Part shown: piece by piece, positions 25,670-38,520 of the stretch | Numbering within the stretch: the stretch's first letter is position 1 | Layout of the letters: every line of letters starts with the position of its first letter | Origin: Octopus sinensis | Taxonomy: Eukaryota | Reading direction: 5' to 3' | Length of the DNA: 64,000 bases | NCBI RefSeq assembly: GCF_006345805.1 | Contig: NC_043012.1 | Span: 50,282,001 to 50,346,000 of the forward strand | Translations under genes and position numbers: made by a program | The notes under the pieces: model-generated | Database searches by the model: none | Told to the model about the DNA's origin: nothing | What the model saw: only the letters and a program-made list of their open reading frames with translations

Positions 25670-28450
25670 TTCTAAATATATCTATCGTTTTTAATATTTC
25701 CGTGGATATTATTCAAAGATCCTTGTAGTAGCGTCATCTGTGGTGAAAGCATTCAGAAGAGGTTTATATTTTGCGATAAAATAAGATTCTTTGCTAATGC
25801 ACTGATTATACGTTGCATTGTCTCTGAATTTAGAGAGGAAAAAATTCTACAGTTGGGTTGTTCAAAGTGGCGCAAATGTCGATGTGTTGTTCACTTATTG
25901 CTATTCTTCTGCATTTCCTTATTTTAATCTGGGATGTATGAACGGTCATCTTCTGCTTTTAGTTTGACCAAGGTATTGCTTTCGGCACCCTGAGCAAGCT
26001 AACATATATATATCAGGTTTTCCGAAGCACATGTAAAATGTTGACTCTGAAGGAGAACTCCGATCCCTCAATTAGGTTGACGCATATACCACATTAGGTC
26101 TTCCGCATTATTTACAGTCATTGACTTTTGCTCTTTATGATGGACTGTGTTTGGAGGATTTGATTCATACTATGGTCCTTTGTTATTAAAGGAATGTTCT
26201 GGTGGATGGTGACGAAGGCCTCATTGTTTAGCGTGTTGCGTGTGGATATGTAGGGCTTTTGGTTGTAATTCATTCTTTAGTTTGAGATATCTGAGTTCGT
26301 GGATTTTGTGTTGTAGGGCACGTTGAAAACCTATACCAATTAGTGGTGGTGGGTAATTCCTGCTGACGAGTGTATCGTTTAGTTCATACAATCATGTGTC
26401 CCTGGTGATTGTATCATATACTATAGTGCAAATCCTTTTTGCCAGGCTGAAAGTGATATTCATTCTAGTGTGTCTGGAGTGGCATGAGGTGAACGGTATA
26501 TACTGCTTGGAATTCATGGTCTTATATTATTCGTCTGTTCCTATTTTGCTGATGGATTTCTTCATGAGGGTGTCGTGGAAAGGAAGTCGTTGATGGCTAT
26601 ATTCCATCTTAAATTGAATGTTTATGTCAAGTCAATTGAAATTCTTTGAAATTCCTTAACTCTTTCTATACGTTCACTTCAAAAAATGAAGCAGTCATCT
26701 AAATATCTCTTCCAGTTAGTTTCTATGTAAAAGGAGAATAGGTTTTGGTATTTTTCTAGTACCTTTCGATAAAAGTCATTTCTAGGTACCTCATGACTAG
26801 GTTAACAAAGGAGGAGGTTATCCTTATACACATCGCAGTGTTGGAGTTCATTGGAGTAATTCTCTATACAGAAGAGGGTATCTAAAACGTTGCTGAGGTG
26901 GTAAGTTTCGCATACGGGACCTGCTATTTTAGGTCTTAATTTGAGGTCATAAGTTGGGGTACCATAACTGTTATATTTGTGGCTCCCCTGCATGCGTTGC
27001 TTATGTTTTTCACTTTCGTGTATCTTAGGGACACCGTAGAATTGAATGGATCTACGTTTGAACTTAGTAATATAGTCGGTGAGTCCTTCTCTGTAGAGGT
27101 TTATCGGAGATTTTAAGTTTCTCATTATTTTCTTCTGACTATAGTGTTGGGCATTTTCATTGTATGTTGTGTCTTCTAATATGGATAGCACTAGAGTTAT
27201 ATAATATTGTTTTATCACCCTTTAATCTGTTCATCTCAACCCATTCTTTCTTGCTGAAGTTTGGCTTTTACATTTTGTCTGTGTACGTGTTAATATGGGT
27301 AATTCGTGATGTGTTCACAGAAATGGTTAAGAATTGTATTCTTACCTTTTGATGGAGTGTAGTTATTTCTATTTCTAGCTAATGACTCATCCTTGTATTG
27401 TCCGATAGTTCCTCGGTGAATCGTAATTTACTGTAGAATTCCGCAACGTCTTCTTACATTTCGTTGTAGTTTGGACGTTGGAGGTGAGTGCAAATTTTAG
27501 CCTTTTCGAGAGTATGTTGATTTCGTCTGGTGTCAGTTCTTTGTGTGTTACGTTTATCAATTTTGGTTTGTCCTGCATGTCTAGTGCTATATCGTATCCT
27601 TGTGTCGGTGTACTGGGTCTAAAAATGATTGAGGTGGTTGGGACGGTAGCTGTTATCTAGCTGTCTTCGGTTGTTGTGTAATTCCCTGTTGCGATTTCTG
27701 GTGCGAATTCTCGGATGGGGGTTGAACAGTGTGTCCGTATATTTCCTGTTCTGATGTGGTTCCTCAGAGGGTCGTCGATGGAAATCATTTCGCGTCTTGA
27801 GAGTTTGTTGTGCATGGTTGTTAAGTGGACTGCTGGAATAAAAATTACATTGGTATCTCCTTATGGGGGCGGAGGTTGTAATGTCTATCATGTGGGTAGT
27901 GATATCTCATTGCTTTGTCTGCGTTTGGGGTATCTCCGTTGTTGTTTCGTGGGTGGATTGTGAAGTTAGGGTTAGGCCTTGTATTGCTTTTTGGTAGGGG
28001 AGAATCTTCTGTTTTTTAGATGTGTGTGGACCTGTGTTTGTGTGTGTTGTTTTGATTTTCTTATTTTCAGGAAAGGGATTTTGAAAGCGTATTTAGTTTG
28101 AAAGACAGTTTCATACTTTAAAACCATGTGGCGTTTATTCCCCAGTGCTGGAGGGATGTCCGTTCTTTGTTGTCACAATCCTCCTTCCATAGTTTTGAGA
28201 TCTTCTCAGAGTTGGAGACTTTAGTCATTTTGTTAATTTCTTGGTTGATCTCTTCATCGGTGGATTTCACTTTATATTCATTAGTCTGCGCCCTCAACTT
28301 TAAAACTTCTAATTCCATCTTCATTTTTTCTAGTGCCATTCTTTCCCTAAGGCGTATTTGCACCTCAGGTTAATGTATAATGACTTTTGATCTGGAATTT
28401 GCGGCAAAGCATTAATGGAGTCAGATTTAGCCGCTTTTCGTTTGTATCTG
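25670..28450 (-). mobile_element. Decayed Penelope-like retroelement (RT plus GIY-YIG)
   Basis: Minus-strand fragments: LINVTHKELTPDEINILSK (27387-27578), FYGVPKIH...DLKLRPKIAGPVCETY (26802-27218), WKRYLDDCFI (~26700), SKQYIPFTSCHSRHTRMNITFSLAKRICTIV (thumb), LACSGCRKQYLGQT (GIY-YIG, ~25990). Many stops; outer limits approximate. Confidence 0.88.
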
Positions 28451-28559
28451 ATTTGTTGCTATTTTGGATCATCTTCCAATAGGCGAATTTTCTATCTCTG
28501 AGCAATTTGTTCTATTGTTATATTATGTGGTATATATATATATATATAATATATATATA

Positions 28560-28670
28560 TATAGAATAAGTCTTGCGGATCGATTTCTTCGATTAAAAAT
28601 CTTTTCAGGAGATGCTCCAAGCATAGCCGCAGTGAAATGTCTGAAACATGTAAAATAAATTAAGGTACAA
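28560..28670 (+). mobile_element. SINE family C 3' tail (degenerate)
   Basis: gatgctccaagcatagccgcagtgaaatgtctgaaacatgtaaaa matches the gtgctccagcatggccgcagtcaagtgactgaagcaagtgaa tail at ~55880. Confidence 0.65.
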
Positions 28671-31600
28671 AAGTAAAATATGAAATGTTGATACACATTT
28701 CGGGAAAATGTGTTATATTTAGAACAAAATAGAAAATTTCAATTAGTCAATACTAAATGTAATTTACGCTTTATACAAAACATGACGAAAAGGATATATG
28801 TGGATGCTTAACATGATATTCGTCATCATCCATAGGTATGTAGCTATCAGTGATCTGTGATATATTCCATGTACAAAAATTCGCGCAGGTATCGGCAACG
28901 ATTCACCCTGCCTCTGATACAACTCATTTTCATCTAGGTAGACTTGAACACGAGAAAATCTTGCCGAAGGATAGGACATAAGCATATAATAATTCGATTT
29001 TGACTCAAAAAGCCACACCATTAAAACTTGAACTCTCACCATATGAGACAAATAGGAGTCAAATTTATTTCTAACCACATGCTAATATGGGAACGGAAAG
29101 GAATTATCGGATAATATAGTTCTAGAAATTCATCAAAACAAATTCAATGATTATGGCTTGGAATTCGTCTGACCATAAACAGTTGGTGTCGCCTTGAAAG
29201 TTGATGTAAACAAAACACGATCCTCTCTAAATCTCACTTTCAGACTTGAGTGACTAAATGATGAGTACCACTGGAAAAAGATTAACACATTTATTTGAAA
29301 CATTATAATTTGTTTGATATTCACATAGTTTAGGAGGATGATTCAGATAAGTGTAGCTAGGAGTTTTCTATTTCTTGATCGAGTGTAGCTGTCTGAGTTG
29401 TGGTTGTTTATCTGCTTTCAATAAGTTACAAAATACGAAATACGAAACACATCCTTCCTTGAGCAAGACATAAATACCCAAATGTATATTTCAGGTACAA
29501 TTTTTATTTATGCTTCAATGGTAAAATCTGGACGATTCAAGTCAAATAGTAGTCTACGGAATCACTTGAATATCATAACATCAAAACCCCGGAAAAGCAA
29601 TTTTGTTGTGAATTTTCTAAATAATCTCGATACCGTATGCAGATGGAACGTATGAGCAACGTTGAAAATATTGAATTAATTCGACGTAGAATCTTGTACA
29701 TATATGATTTTGCTACTTGTCAGACTTTGGTAGCATGTTGAGAGACGCACAGCCCTCTAATTGATATATCGGAATATCGCAGTACAGCTACAAGAGCCGG
29801 TATTCAAACAAGAACGTATTATAAAAAGATGTGTTATAAAATGCTGAGTTCTTTTCATAGCATGAATCTATTAGTAGCTCATAAAAATATGCTTTGTTTA
29901 TTAAACCACATTCACACAAACACACACAAACAGACACGCACACACACACTTGAATTGTTAATGATCAGTCAAATTCCCATAATATTGATGTTGCTGCGGA
30001 TGACAAAACAAATTGTGGAATGTAATACAAGAATAAATATAAAATCGATTTTCATACAGTTAGCTTCTTTACCTGATATAATAACCCTACAACACGACTC
30101 TTCATTATAGAAAACGTAAACATATATGACCTGTTACAACAAGGTAGCCGATAACCTTAACAAGGTATCCTAACATCTGAAAAAACGAAAGGTGGAAAAT
30201 ATCTCTTCCTTATAGTTACAAAGAAACGCAAGTTCCTGGCATGCAAAATCTATAAGAAACGAAATGTAGACATTTTGAGATATTTGAATATTACTATGGC
30301 TTTCAAACAAAATATATATAAATGTAAAGAAAGGGGTGCATATTATGTTAAAGAAAACCTAAAATTAGATAGAAATGGTACACAGAAATTGGTAGACAGA
30401 TCCATACACGCATCGATATGTACATATACAATCGCACTTTTACTGTAAGTTATTTTATGTTTATGTATTGATTAGAAATTTTGCACAACATATGGAGTTT
30501 TGCATAATTTTTTGTCGAATATATTCCAAAAGTGATGTAGATAACGATCATGTACGCAAACGGCAGTTACTGATGTTAGATATAAGTTATGTCAGTTGAA
30601 ATATTGTTAAAAGGCTACAATTAGAACTTTCTCATCGTGATATGGAACTTTGGGTGTCAAAATATTATTATCGTATCTTTATTTGACATTAAGACAACAG
30701 CATTGGCTTATTACCAATAGTAAATAAATAAATATCCTCTCGTCAGTACAAGTGAATAATTACTTTATTAATATTGAGATATCTTAACAGTGCTCTCAAC
30801 TGTTCTACCTTTAGGTAACGTTACTATTGGAACACCATTATTTACTTAACAAAAATATCTATGCTTCATAAAATACATTTTTAAGTACATTTTTGTGAGT
30901 TTTCAATACATACATTTGGACATTTTTGCATTTTAGCTGTGCTTCTTCTTCATTTGGCCGATGTTGCCACAAGTAACAATATTTATCACTAACTTACCTA
31001 TTAATTATATTTTGTAACATGTGCAGAATTATTTTTTACAGTTTCGATTCTATATGTGTACATAACCATACATGCAGATACTTTAATTGTTTGTCGGAAT
31101 TGTATAACATCTGCAAACACATTTTCAGTTAGTGAAATAGAGAAGGTATATAATACGAATTAAATTATTTAAAAAATTATAAAAAGATGAATAATGCGAA
31201 AATTATAATACGAAAAAATTTATAAAAAGTTTTATAAAAAGGAATAAAACTTACTCAATATTTACCATTGTTATTAGACATAGATGTTTGTAACAAATAG
31301 CACGATAGCGTACGCTGTACACCTAATGCGACAAATGCCTTGTCAAGGTGTAACACTAAGAAAGATAGTATTCGTTCGAGAGTATGATATAACACGGAAA
31401 AGATTTTTCCTTCTTATATTTAATCGCACAAACTACACAACATTAATCTACATACATGCATATATATATATATAAATAAATATATATATATATATCCGTA
31501 ATAATGAAGGGTGAAATTAATTAATTTGGAAAAATTATCAATTACACCAAGTAGTCTTCGGCATGTAAAAGCCTCATTCGAGGAAAATTTAAGTAATACT

Positions 31601-31784
31601 AAGCAATAAGGGTTTAGCAACGAGTTGCCTTACCACATACCGAATTTAGAAATAGCAGTCAAAGGGTTATAGCTATTTCTTCTACTAAAAAGGGAGATCT
31701 CAGTAAAAACAGCATTTGGAAGGCAGACACAAACAGGTAAGAGAGAATGAATTGACTGCAATCTATCATACATTTTTTTAGTTA

Positions 31785-31891
31785 TCCACGGACGTACGTT
31801 TCGAAATCAAGTTTTTAGGAAAGCATAAGAATTAAATATTAAATATTAAATAATTCTATCTTACCGAAACTTCTTTTCTCTTCAGCGTAGA
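31785..31891 (-). ncRNA. Type I hammerhead ribozyme with extended stem II
   Basis: Mirror image of 31964-32070; same core and stems. Confidence 0.88.
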
Positions 31892-31963
31892 ATACTATAA
31901 TCATAAATGATTATATATAATCATATATATAATTCAATATATAATCATTTATGATTATAGTAT

Positions 31964-32070
31964 TCTACGCTGAAGAGAAAAGAAGTTTCGGTAAGATAGA
32001 ATTATTTAATATTTAATATTTAATTCTTATGCTTTCCTAAAAACTTGATTTCGAAACGTACGTCCGTGGA
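31964..32070 (+). ncRNA. Type I hammerhead ribozyme with extended stem II
   Basis: tctacg 31964-31969, CTGAAGA 31970-31976, hairpin 31977-32052, GAAA 32053-32056, cgtacg, TC (cleavage after 32064), cgtgga. The A>G change relative to the 7890 copy gives a U-G wobble that keeps stem I paired. Confidence 0.88.
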
Positions 32071-32255
32071 TAACTAAAAAAATGTATGATAGATTGCAGT
32101 CAATTCATTCTCTCTTACCTGTTTGTGTCTGCCTTCCAAATGCTGTTTTTACTGAGATCTCCCTTTTTAGTAGAAGAAATAGCTATAACCCTTTGACTGC
32201 TATTTCTAAATTCGGTATGTGGTAAGGCAACTCGTTGCTAAACCCTTATTGCTTA

Positions 32256-32314
<59 letters not shown>

Positions 32315-32436
32315 TATATATACACAAATATATGTGTGTCCGCGTGTATGTATATATATACGTCTCTAACTCTATAAACGTATACGTTTCTATATTCTGT
32401 ATATATACATACATTACACACACACATACACACACA

Positions 32437-32495
<59 letters not shown>

Positions 32496-32500
<5 letters not shown>

Positions 32501-33596
32501 CCGGACTTCTTTCTGATGATCTCGCTACTGATATGCTCTCTCAACGAGATACCAAGCATTGACCTTTCCATGGCTTTTTGAACCGTTACTAGTCTTTGCT
32601 CTTCTCTCTTTGTGGTAGCCCATGTTTCACTACCATATAACAGTGCAGGTAGAACTATACTGTTGATGAGGTTCGCGCGGGTGGTTCTGTCCAACCTTCC
32701 CTTCAGCACATCCTTTATGCCATTAAATGCCTTCCATCCAGCCCTTACTCTCCGTGAGATCTCCTTTTCGATATCTCGGCACATATTCACTTCCTGTCCC
32801 AGGTAGACATGTTCCTTTACCTCCTCTATTTCATCACTGCCGATCACCATTCGACCTGTTGGTACGTTGTCTGACCGCATGAACTTCGTATTCATGCGGT
32901 TCATCTTGAGACCTACTGCAGAGCTTTTGATGTCGAGCTCCATCAGCATGGTCTGAAGTTGATTCATGGTTTCAGCGATGAGTACGATGTCGTGAGCGAA
33001 ACGGAGGTGGGTGAGGAGTTCGCCATTGATGTTGACACCTTCTTGCCAGTCGATGCCTCTGATGATCTGTTCGGGACATGCGGTGAAATGTTTTGGGGAA
33101 ATGATATCCCCTTGCTTCACTCCCTTCTCGACCGGCACTCGTGCAGGTGATGACAGTAGAGCTATGTCGGTGGTGCATCCGGAATTTGCGGCCCTGAGCA
33201 GTTGCACTTATTGCGCCTCGACTCCTTGCCTCTGCAGCGAGTTCAGCACTGCGTTGGTTTCGACGCCATCGAAGGCCGTCTCATAGTCTACAAATCAGAA
33301 AGAAGTCCGGCGTGAGGGATGTCATCGCAGAGTATACACGCAGCAAGTTTAGATGGGCTGGACACGTCGCCCGGCTCACCGATGATCGGTGGACCCACGC
33401 AGTTGTTGAGTCGTACCCGCACGAGCGGAAACGAGCACCCGGAAGGCCTCCACGACGGTGGAGTTACGATTTCAGGAGGACGATTGGGATCACGTGGATG
33501 AGAAAGGCGCGATCCAGAGAGGAGTAGACAGCGTGCTGTGACCAGCGGTGTCATATGTACGCCTGACGGACTGGTCGGTCAAGGTGATCAAGGTGA
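32496..33596. mobile_element. RTE-clade LINE copy with inverted 5' segment
   Basis: 32496-33293 encodes the RT on the minus strand (FVDYETAFDGV...GVKQGDIISPK...LTHLRFAHDIVL...YVYLGQ-like...LLYGSETW). 33294-33596 encodes the continuation on the plus strand (KFRWAGHVAR...GRPPRRW) and ends in (TCAAGGTGA)2 followed by (TA)n. Confidence 0.92.
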
Positions 33597-33887
33597 TATA
33601 TATATCGATAATAAAGTGATTGTTCCTTATCAGGAACTTTTAACCGCGATGGACTGTATTCACACATTTTTCTTATATTTTTCTAATAAGCTTGTATTGA
33701 TGAGTTGTGTTTCAGCTTCCGCGATTTTATGTATGTATATTCTATGTGAAAGAAAAAGCATTATGTGATTAAATGTTCGAGATATGAAATGTTACGTGGA
33801 TGACCTTATCTTTGTTTGTTCTGCAACCATAGTTTATATATATATATATTATATATATATATATATTATATATATATATATATATAT

Positions 33888-34050
33888 AGGGGAAGAATTC
33901 AGAAAAAAGCAAGAGACGAAGACAGGTGGTGTGTAGATGTATTAGTTTAACGCTTGGGAAGTGAAAAAGTGATTGACGTTTCGAGCCTACGCTTTTCCAC
34001 AGAAAGGAACACAGAAAGAAACAAAGAGAGAAAGTAAAGAGTGTGTAGTG
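33888..34050 (-). mobile_element. Short (TA)n-fused element with a non-canonical HHR-like motif (family 4)
   Basis: Minus strand UUU-CUGUGGA-A-AAGC(GUAG)GCUC-GAAA-CG...CG-UU/AAA at 33946-34005; homologous to 56275-56465; 3' end ...gaattcttcccc joins (TA)n. Confidence 0.55.
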
Positions 34051-34159
34051 GCTATGTGTATATATATATGTACATATGTATACACACACACAAACACACA
34101 CACACACACATATATAGAGAGAGATATGTATATAATTATATATATGAATATATATATAC

Positions 34160-34199
<40 letters not shown>

Positions 34200-34455
34200 C
34201 ATCATCATCATTGTCATTTTCGTCGTCTTCATTCTCCTCCTCCTAATCATCATCATTAACAATGGGTCTGTAGACTTATGTGCTTAAGAGTGGGAGAAGA
34301 AAGCCACTTATAAGCATTGAGATGAGTGACTAAAGAGAGAATAAATACATGAATGGACGACGTGAGAAGCCATGTTGCGTATTTTAAATTTTAGATTTTT
34401 TCCGTGATAGCTGTCGATTTCTAAAGCGTGTTCCGACAGACTGATGAATTAAGTT

Positions 34456-34488
<33 letters not shown>

Positions 34489-34990
34489 TGGAATGTTTGA
34501 AGTTGATGATGCATATATATACACAGGCATACATAATGCATATATATATGAAACTACTTACATACATACATGCATGCATGCATACATACAAACATATGCA
34601 TTTGTCTGCGTGAGCATGTGTTTGTATACGTGTGTATGCAGATATGCTTACAGGAACATATGATTATTACGACGTACCTGTGTACGTAACTATCCATAAG
34701 TACAGAACCTCATTGCTACTGAACAAGGCATATTACTCTTGTTCCTTTAGGAGATTTACCTATAGAATCCTATCACAACTAGTTAAAGGTTGCCACAGTA
34801 AGAAACTAAACTGGTGTAATAACCACTATAACACTTTAGCAGGTATCATTGCTTTCAATTCACTCAATATGAAATCTTTCAATAAATACTTAATCAGAGT
34901 ATGTTCGGAACAAGTATAACGTTAATGTTTGTTTTCTTGGACAACCCTATAGAATATTTGTTCATTTACCATCACCTACCTTAACATCGA

Positions 34991-35275
34991 TGTGGAGGCA
35001 CGTGGCTTAGTCGTTAGGGTATCAGCACTATGATCGTAAGATTGTGGTTCGATTCCTGGACCGAGTGACACGTTGTGTTCTTGACCGGGCGACGCGTTGT
35101 GTTCTTGAGCAAAACACTTCATTTCACGTTGCTACAGTCCACTCAGCTGGTAAAAATGAGTAACGCTGCGATGGACTGGCGTCCCGTCCATCTGGGGAAC
35201 CCGTACGCTATAGAGCCGAGAAACCGGGCCCATGAGCCTGGCTAGGCTTTAAAAGGGCGCATTTATTTATTATTT
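34991..35275 (+). mobile_element. tRNA-derived SINE family D with 14-bp TSD
   Basis: Head ggaggcacgtggcttagtcgttaggg...ggttcgattcctgg; taccttaacatcga at 34977-34990 and 35276-35289; internal ~24-bp tandem duplication. Confidence 0.88.
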
Positions 35276-36932
35276 TACCTTAACATCGAGAAAGAAAGAT
35301 TTTCATCATCTGCAGAAATATTTTTAAAAAAAGAAAAAAACGCATTAAATATTCCATTGCATGAGATTTTAATTTATGAACTGAGTAAAAAATATATTAA
35401 AGATTTAGACTAATAGTACTTGCCTCATTATTAAATTGTTTTAAAGTATTTATATTAGTCTCAATTCAAGAAAATATTTTAAAAGTATATGGAAGAATGA
35501 ATGTCGCAAAACGTTTCAATCTCTACACCATGTTTTATTTCCTTTTCCGTTCAGTTATGCCGTTTTAAGTAAATATGTAATTCAATGAACAGATTTATAT
35601 TTATTGACCGCTTAGCAACAGATTGAGGTAAGAAAAGTGGACATACAAATATATTTAAAATATTGCTTACCGTTAAGGAACGCATAGCTTAATCCATTGC
35701 ATTATGAGTGTTGCGAACTCATACATTCAAGAACTAAAATACAAAACAAAATATATAAATTAGGCAAAGAGAGGGCAGTAAACCCTGTCAAGAGATGAGA
35801 AAATATGGCAGCATCCTTTTACTTCTATATTTATAGTCTGAAACTAATCTTAAATATATATGGGAAAAAATAATGTAAAAAAAAATGAATCATAAATGTT
35901 TTCCGGGAGAATATATGTGTTTATATTTGCGAAAAAAATATCTAGAGTCTTATATTCTAGTCATGAATATAATAAAATTACACACTTTGATAAAAATGGA
36001 AAGAGTCCTTTCTTCCCGCCGCCAACCATGAAGTTGTTGGATTTTTCTCCTGAGAGAACGTTTCCCCCGCCCCATATATTTTATAAGAGTACAACCTCCC
36101 TCCCTACACAGTTATGTTTAGCATACTTTGTTTTTTACTTTCTTTTTAACCATTGCACTACAAGTGGAATTTATGCTAAGATCTCTTCGTGTTCGAGATG
36201 AACAATTTTGTCTACATTTTTCGCTATTGCTTCAGGAATTATCATAAAAATCATTATCATGCACTACCTTTCTTGAACTAGAGTAGTTTTAGTTTAGTTT
36301 AAGTTTACACTCGCATCGTTGTTCAGTGAAGTTTTTATTTATATATTTCTACCTTTCTCCTCCTTAGTTTTTAGTCTATGGGAATTTACATATTTTAACC
36401 ATGCGTCATATATATGTATATATTTTATTTCATTATTTTGAGAAGAAAAAAATAAACATTTCGTATTCTATGGCTGGAAAGTGATTCCATCTTTCCATTT
36501 TGAACAACATTCAGATCAGAATATCTAGATATTAATATATTAGGTACATTTTGGTCTTGCAACATAGAGGTAAATCAATAATTCAGCGTTAGTCTACAGA
36601 TTTGAATATAATTTTGCTGAAGCCATTACTACAATTCACTTTCATAATCTTGACGTATGCATCTCTAGCACTGTTTATGTATAAATGGTGTAATCTGCTA
36701 TTTTCTTTGTCGTACTATTATATAGGTTCCTTTATGTATGCTTACATAAGTGCGAACACACTTTCATTCAAATATTTTATGCTTCTAAGATTTCTACTTT
36801 CAACATAATCTTCAGTTTTCAGGTTAAATATATCCAGAAAATAAGTTTTATTATAAATTGCTCTTTTTACAGTAGAAACGACAATATTTTGCTGTTTTCA
36901 GTTTCCAGATTTACATTTGTGCAAAAAAGTCT

Positions 36933-37034
<102 letters not shown>

Positions 37035-37119
37035 AATATATATATGTACATCCATCCATCCATACGTACATACATACATACATATATATACATACATATA
37101 CATATATATATATATATAC

Positions 37120-37280
37120 CCATAGTGGTGAGTTTACACCCCCGTAACTTAGTGGTTCGACAAAATAGTAAAATAGAATAAGTACTTGGCTTACAAAGGA
37201 TAAGTTCTGGGGCCAACTTTTTCGACTAAAGGCGGGCTTCCAGCAAGGCTGCACTCAAATGATTGAAACGAATAAAAGAA
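37120..37280 (+). mobile_element. SINE family C, 3' part
   Basis: ccccgtaacttagtggttcg...gactaaaggcgg...gattgaaacgaataaaag. Confidence 0.75.
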
Positions 37281-38019
37281 CATATATCCACATCAGTACA
37301 CACACGCACACACACCACATACAAATACATAAATACATATAGTAAAACACTTAGTGTAAATGAGGTATATTTCCTTATTTAAATAGAACTGTGTGAACGT
37401 GTTTTAATTATTTCTTGTTGCTTATTGTAAATGTTTTATAGCACTATTGGAAGCAACTGTCTAATCCTGAACAGAACAAGGAATTTCCAGTTGTTCTATT
37501 GTGCATTTTATATGTATCTCCCCATCTTTTAAGACTGCATTCCGTAATTCTAAAACACTTCGCTCCTATTTCTACATTTTGCTATAGATTGAGTCATCTT
37601 TTTTCACTCTGACCTTTAAATTCAGATCAGTCTTATATATATATATATTTAAATAAAGGAGGTGATCAAGTCGTGAGTATCGCAACTTTCTTTTGGCCAC
37701 CGTTCTCCAAGAATATATTATCCAATCAGACCTTATTTTAAAAGACAGAATCCCGTGATTTTGAAGGAGATTCACACACGATTGTATAGATCATTCTTCA
37801 GATGATTGGGCATATAGCATTGAAAGTGAGAAAAATAACCATGTTTACAAGCAGTACAGAAATTCCAGTTGCATTACTAGTACATTCACAAGGGAAACTC
37901 TATAACTGATATGGTTCTTATAGTTCCTTGGAAAATGGATGATATAAATTTATGTAAATCTATAATTTTTGTGCCAAAAAGATGCAAGACCTCCTCTACT
38001 AGAGGATGCAGCTTGTTGC

Positions 38020-38520
38020 ATAAATCTTTTGTCGGTATGTGGTATTTCGTTATGAGTCGATAATATATTGTAGTGTAAAGTATATTAGATATTTATACAA
38101 GTCCACACCAAGTTCTAATGGGTTAGCAGTGCACTTCATATTATTTCTACAGATATTTAATAGAACATAGATCAGCACTGATTTTTGCTACGTTTCGTAT
38201 CGAGACGTCAGCTGTAAAAAAGCAATGAGACCTAAGACGAGAATTGGGTAATTGGCATATATGGCATATATCGGGGGATTTTTGCCCCTTCATCAGCCCC
38301 CATCTTTCCCATTAATTATCCTCGGACACATTGCTTAAAATCCCACCATACATATTACACGCTTTCCCGGAAGCTGGTAGGTAAATACTAATGATTATGA
38401 GGTACGGGTATTTCGTTATGCGACCATAATATACTATAAATTATAATAAATGCATTTATAAGTCAACTGTGTCAGCAGTGCATTATACGTTATTTTGTTA
38501 AGGTTATTTCTACACATATT
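38020..38520 (-). mobile_element. Tandem (~366-bp period) copy of the second HHR family, decayed
   Basis: ggtatttcgttatg recurs at 38041 and 38407. HHR-like motif at 38253-38303 (minus): CUGAUGA-A-GGGG(CAAAAAUC)CCCC-GAUA-UAUGCCAUA-UA, with GAAA changed to GAUA. Homologous to 12800-12960. Confidence 0.7.

Larger units (their letters stand above)
31493..32259. mobile_element. Second head-to-head foldback of the ~590-bp HHR element
   Basis: Inverted arms at 31596-31918 and 31937-32259 (323 bp each, no difference found by eye) with an 18-nt spacer. The left arm extends 103 bp further to the family 3' end (cggata, 31493) at (TA)n; the right end also joins (TA)n. Confidence 0.93.

Noticed and set aside
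25675-25745. HHR-like relic at the 3' end of the first Penelope element (CAGATGA...GAAA, minus strand)
   Set aside because: The core is mutated and stem I does not pair; too degraded to support.
28600-28660. GAAACATGTA palindromic motif resembling an HHR stem III
   Set aside because: It is the ordinary 3' tail of SINE family C (gactgaaacaagtaaaa) and has no CUGANGA core.
28700-30200. Repeat-poor stretch with short ORFs and splice-like sites; similar cases at 37640-37830, 42480-42790 and 49590-49780
   Set aside because: No recognisable protein motif and no consistent exon chain; cannot be supported without RNA data.
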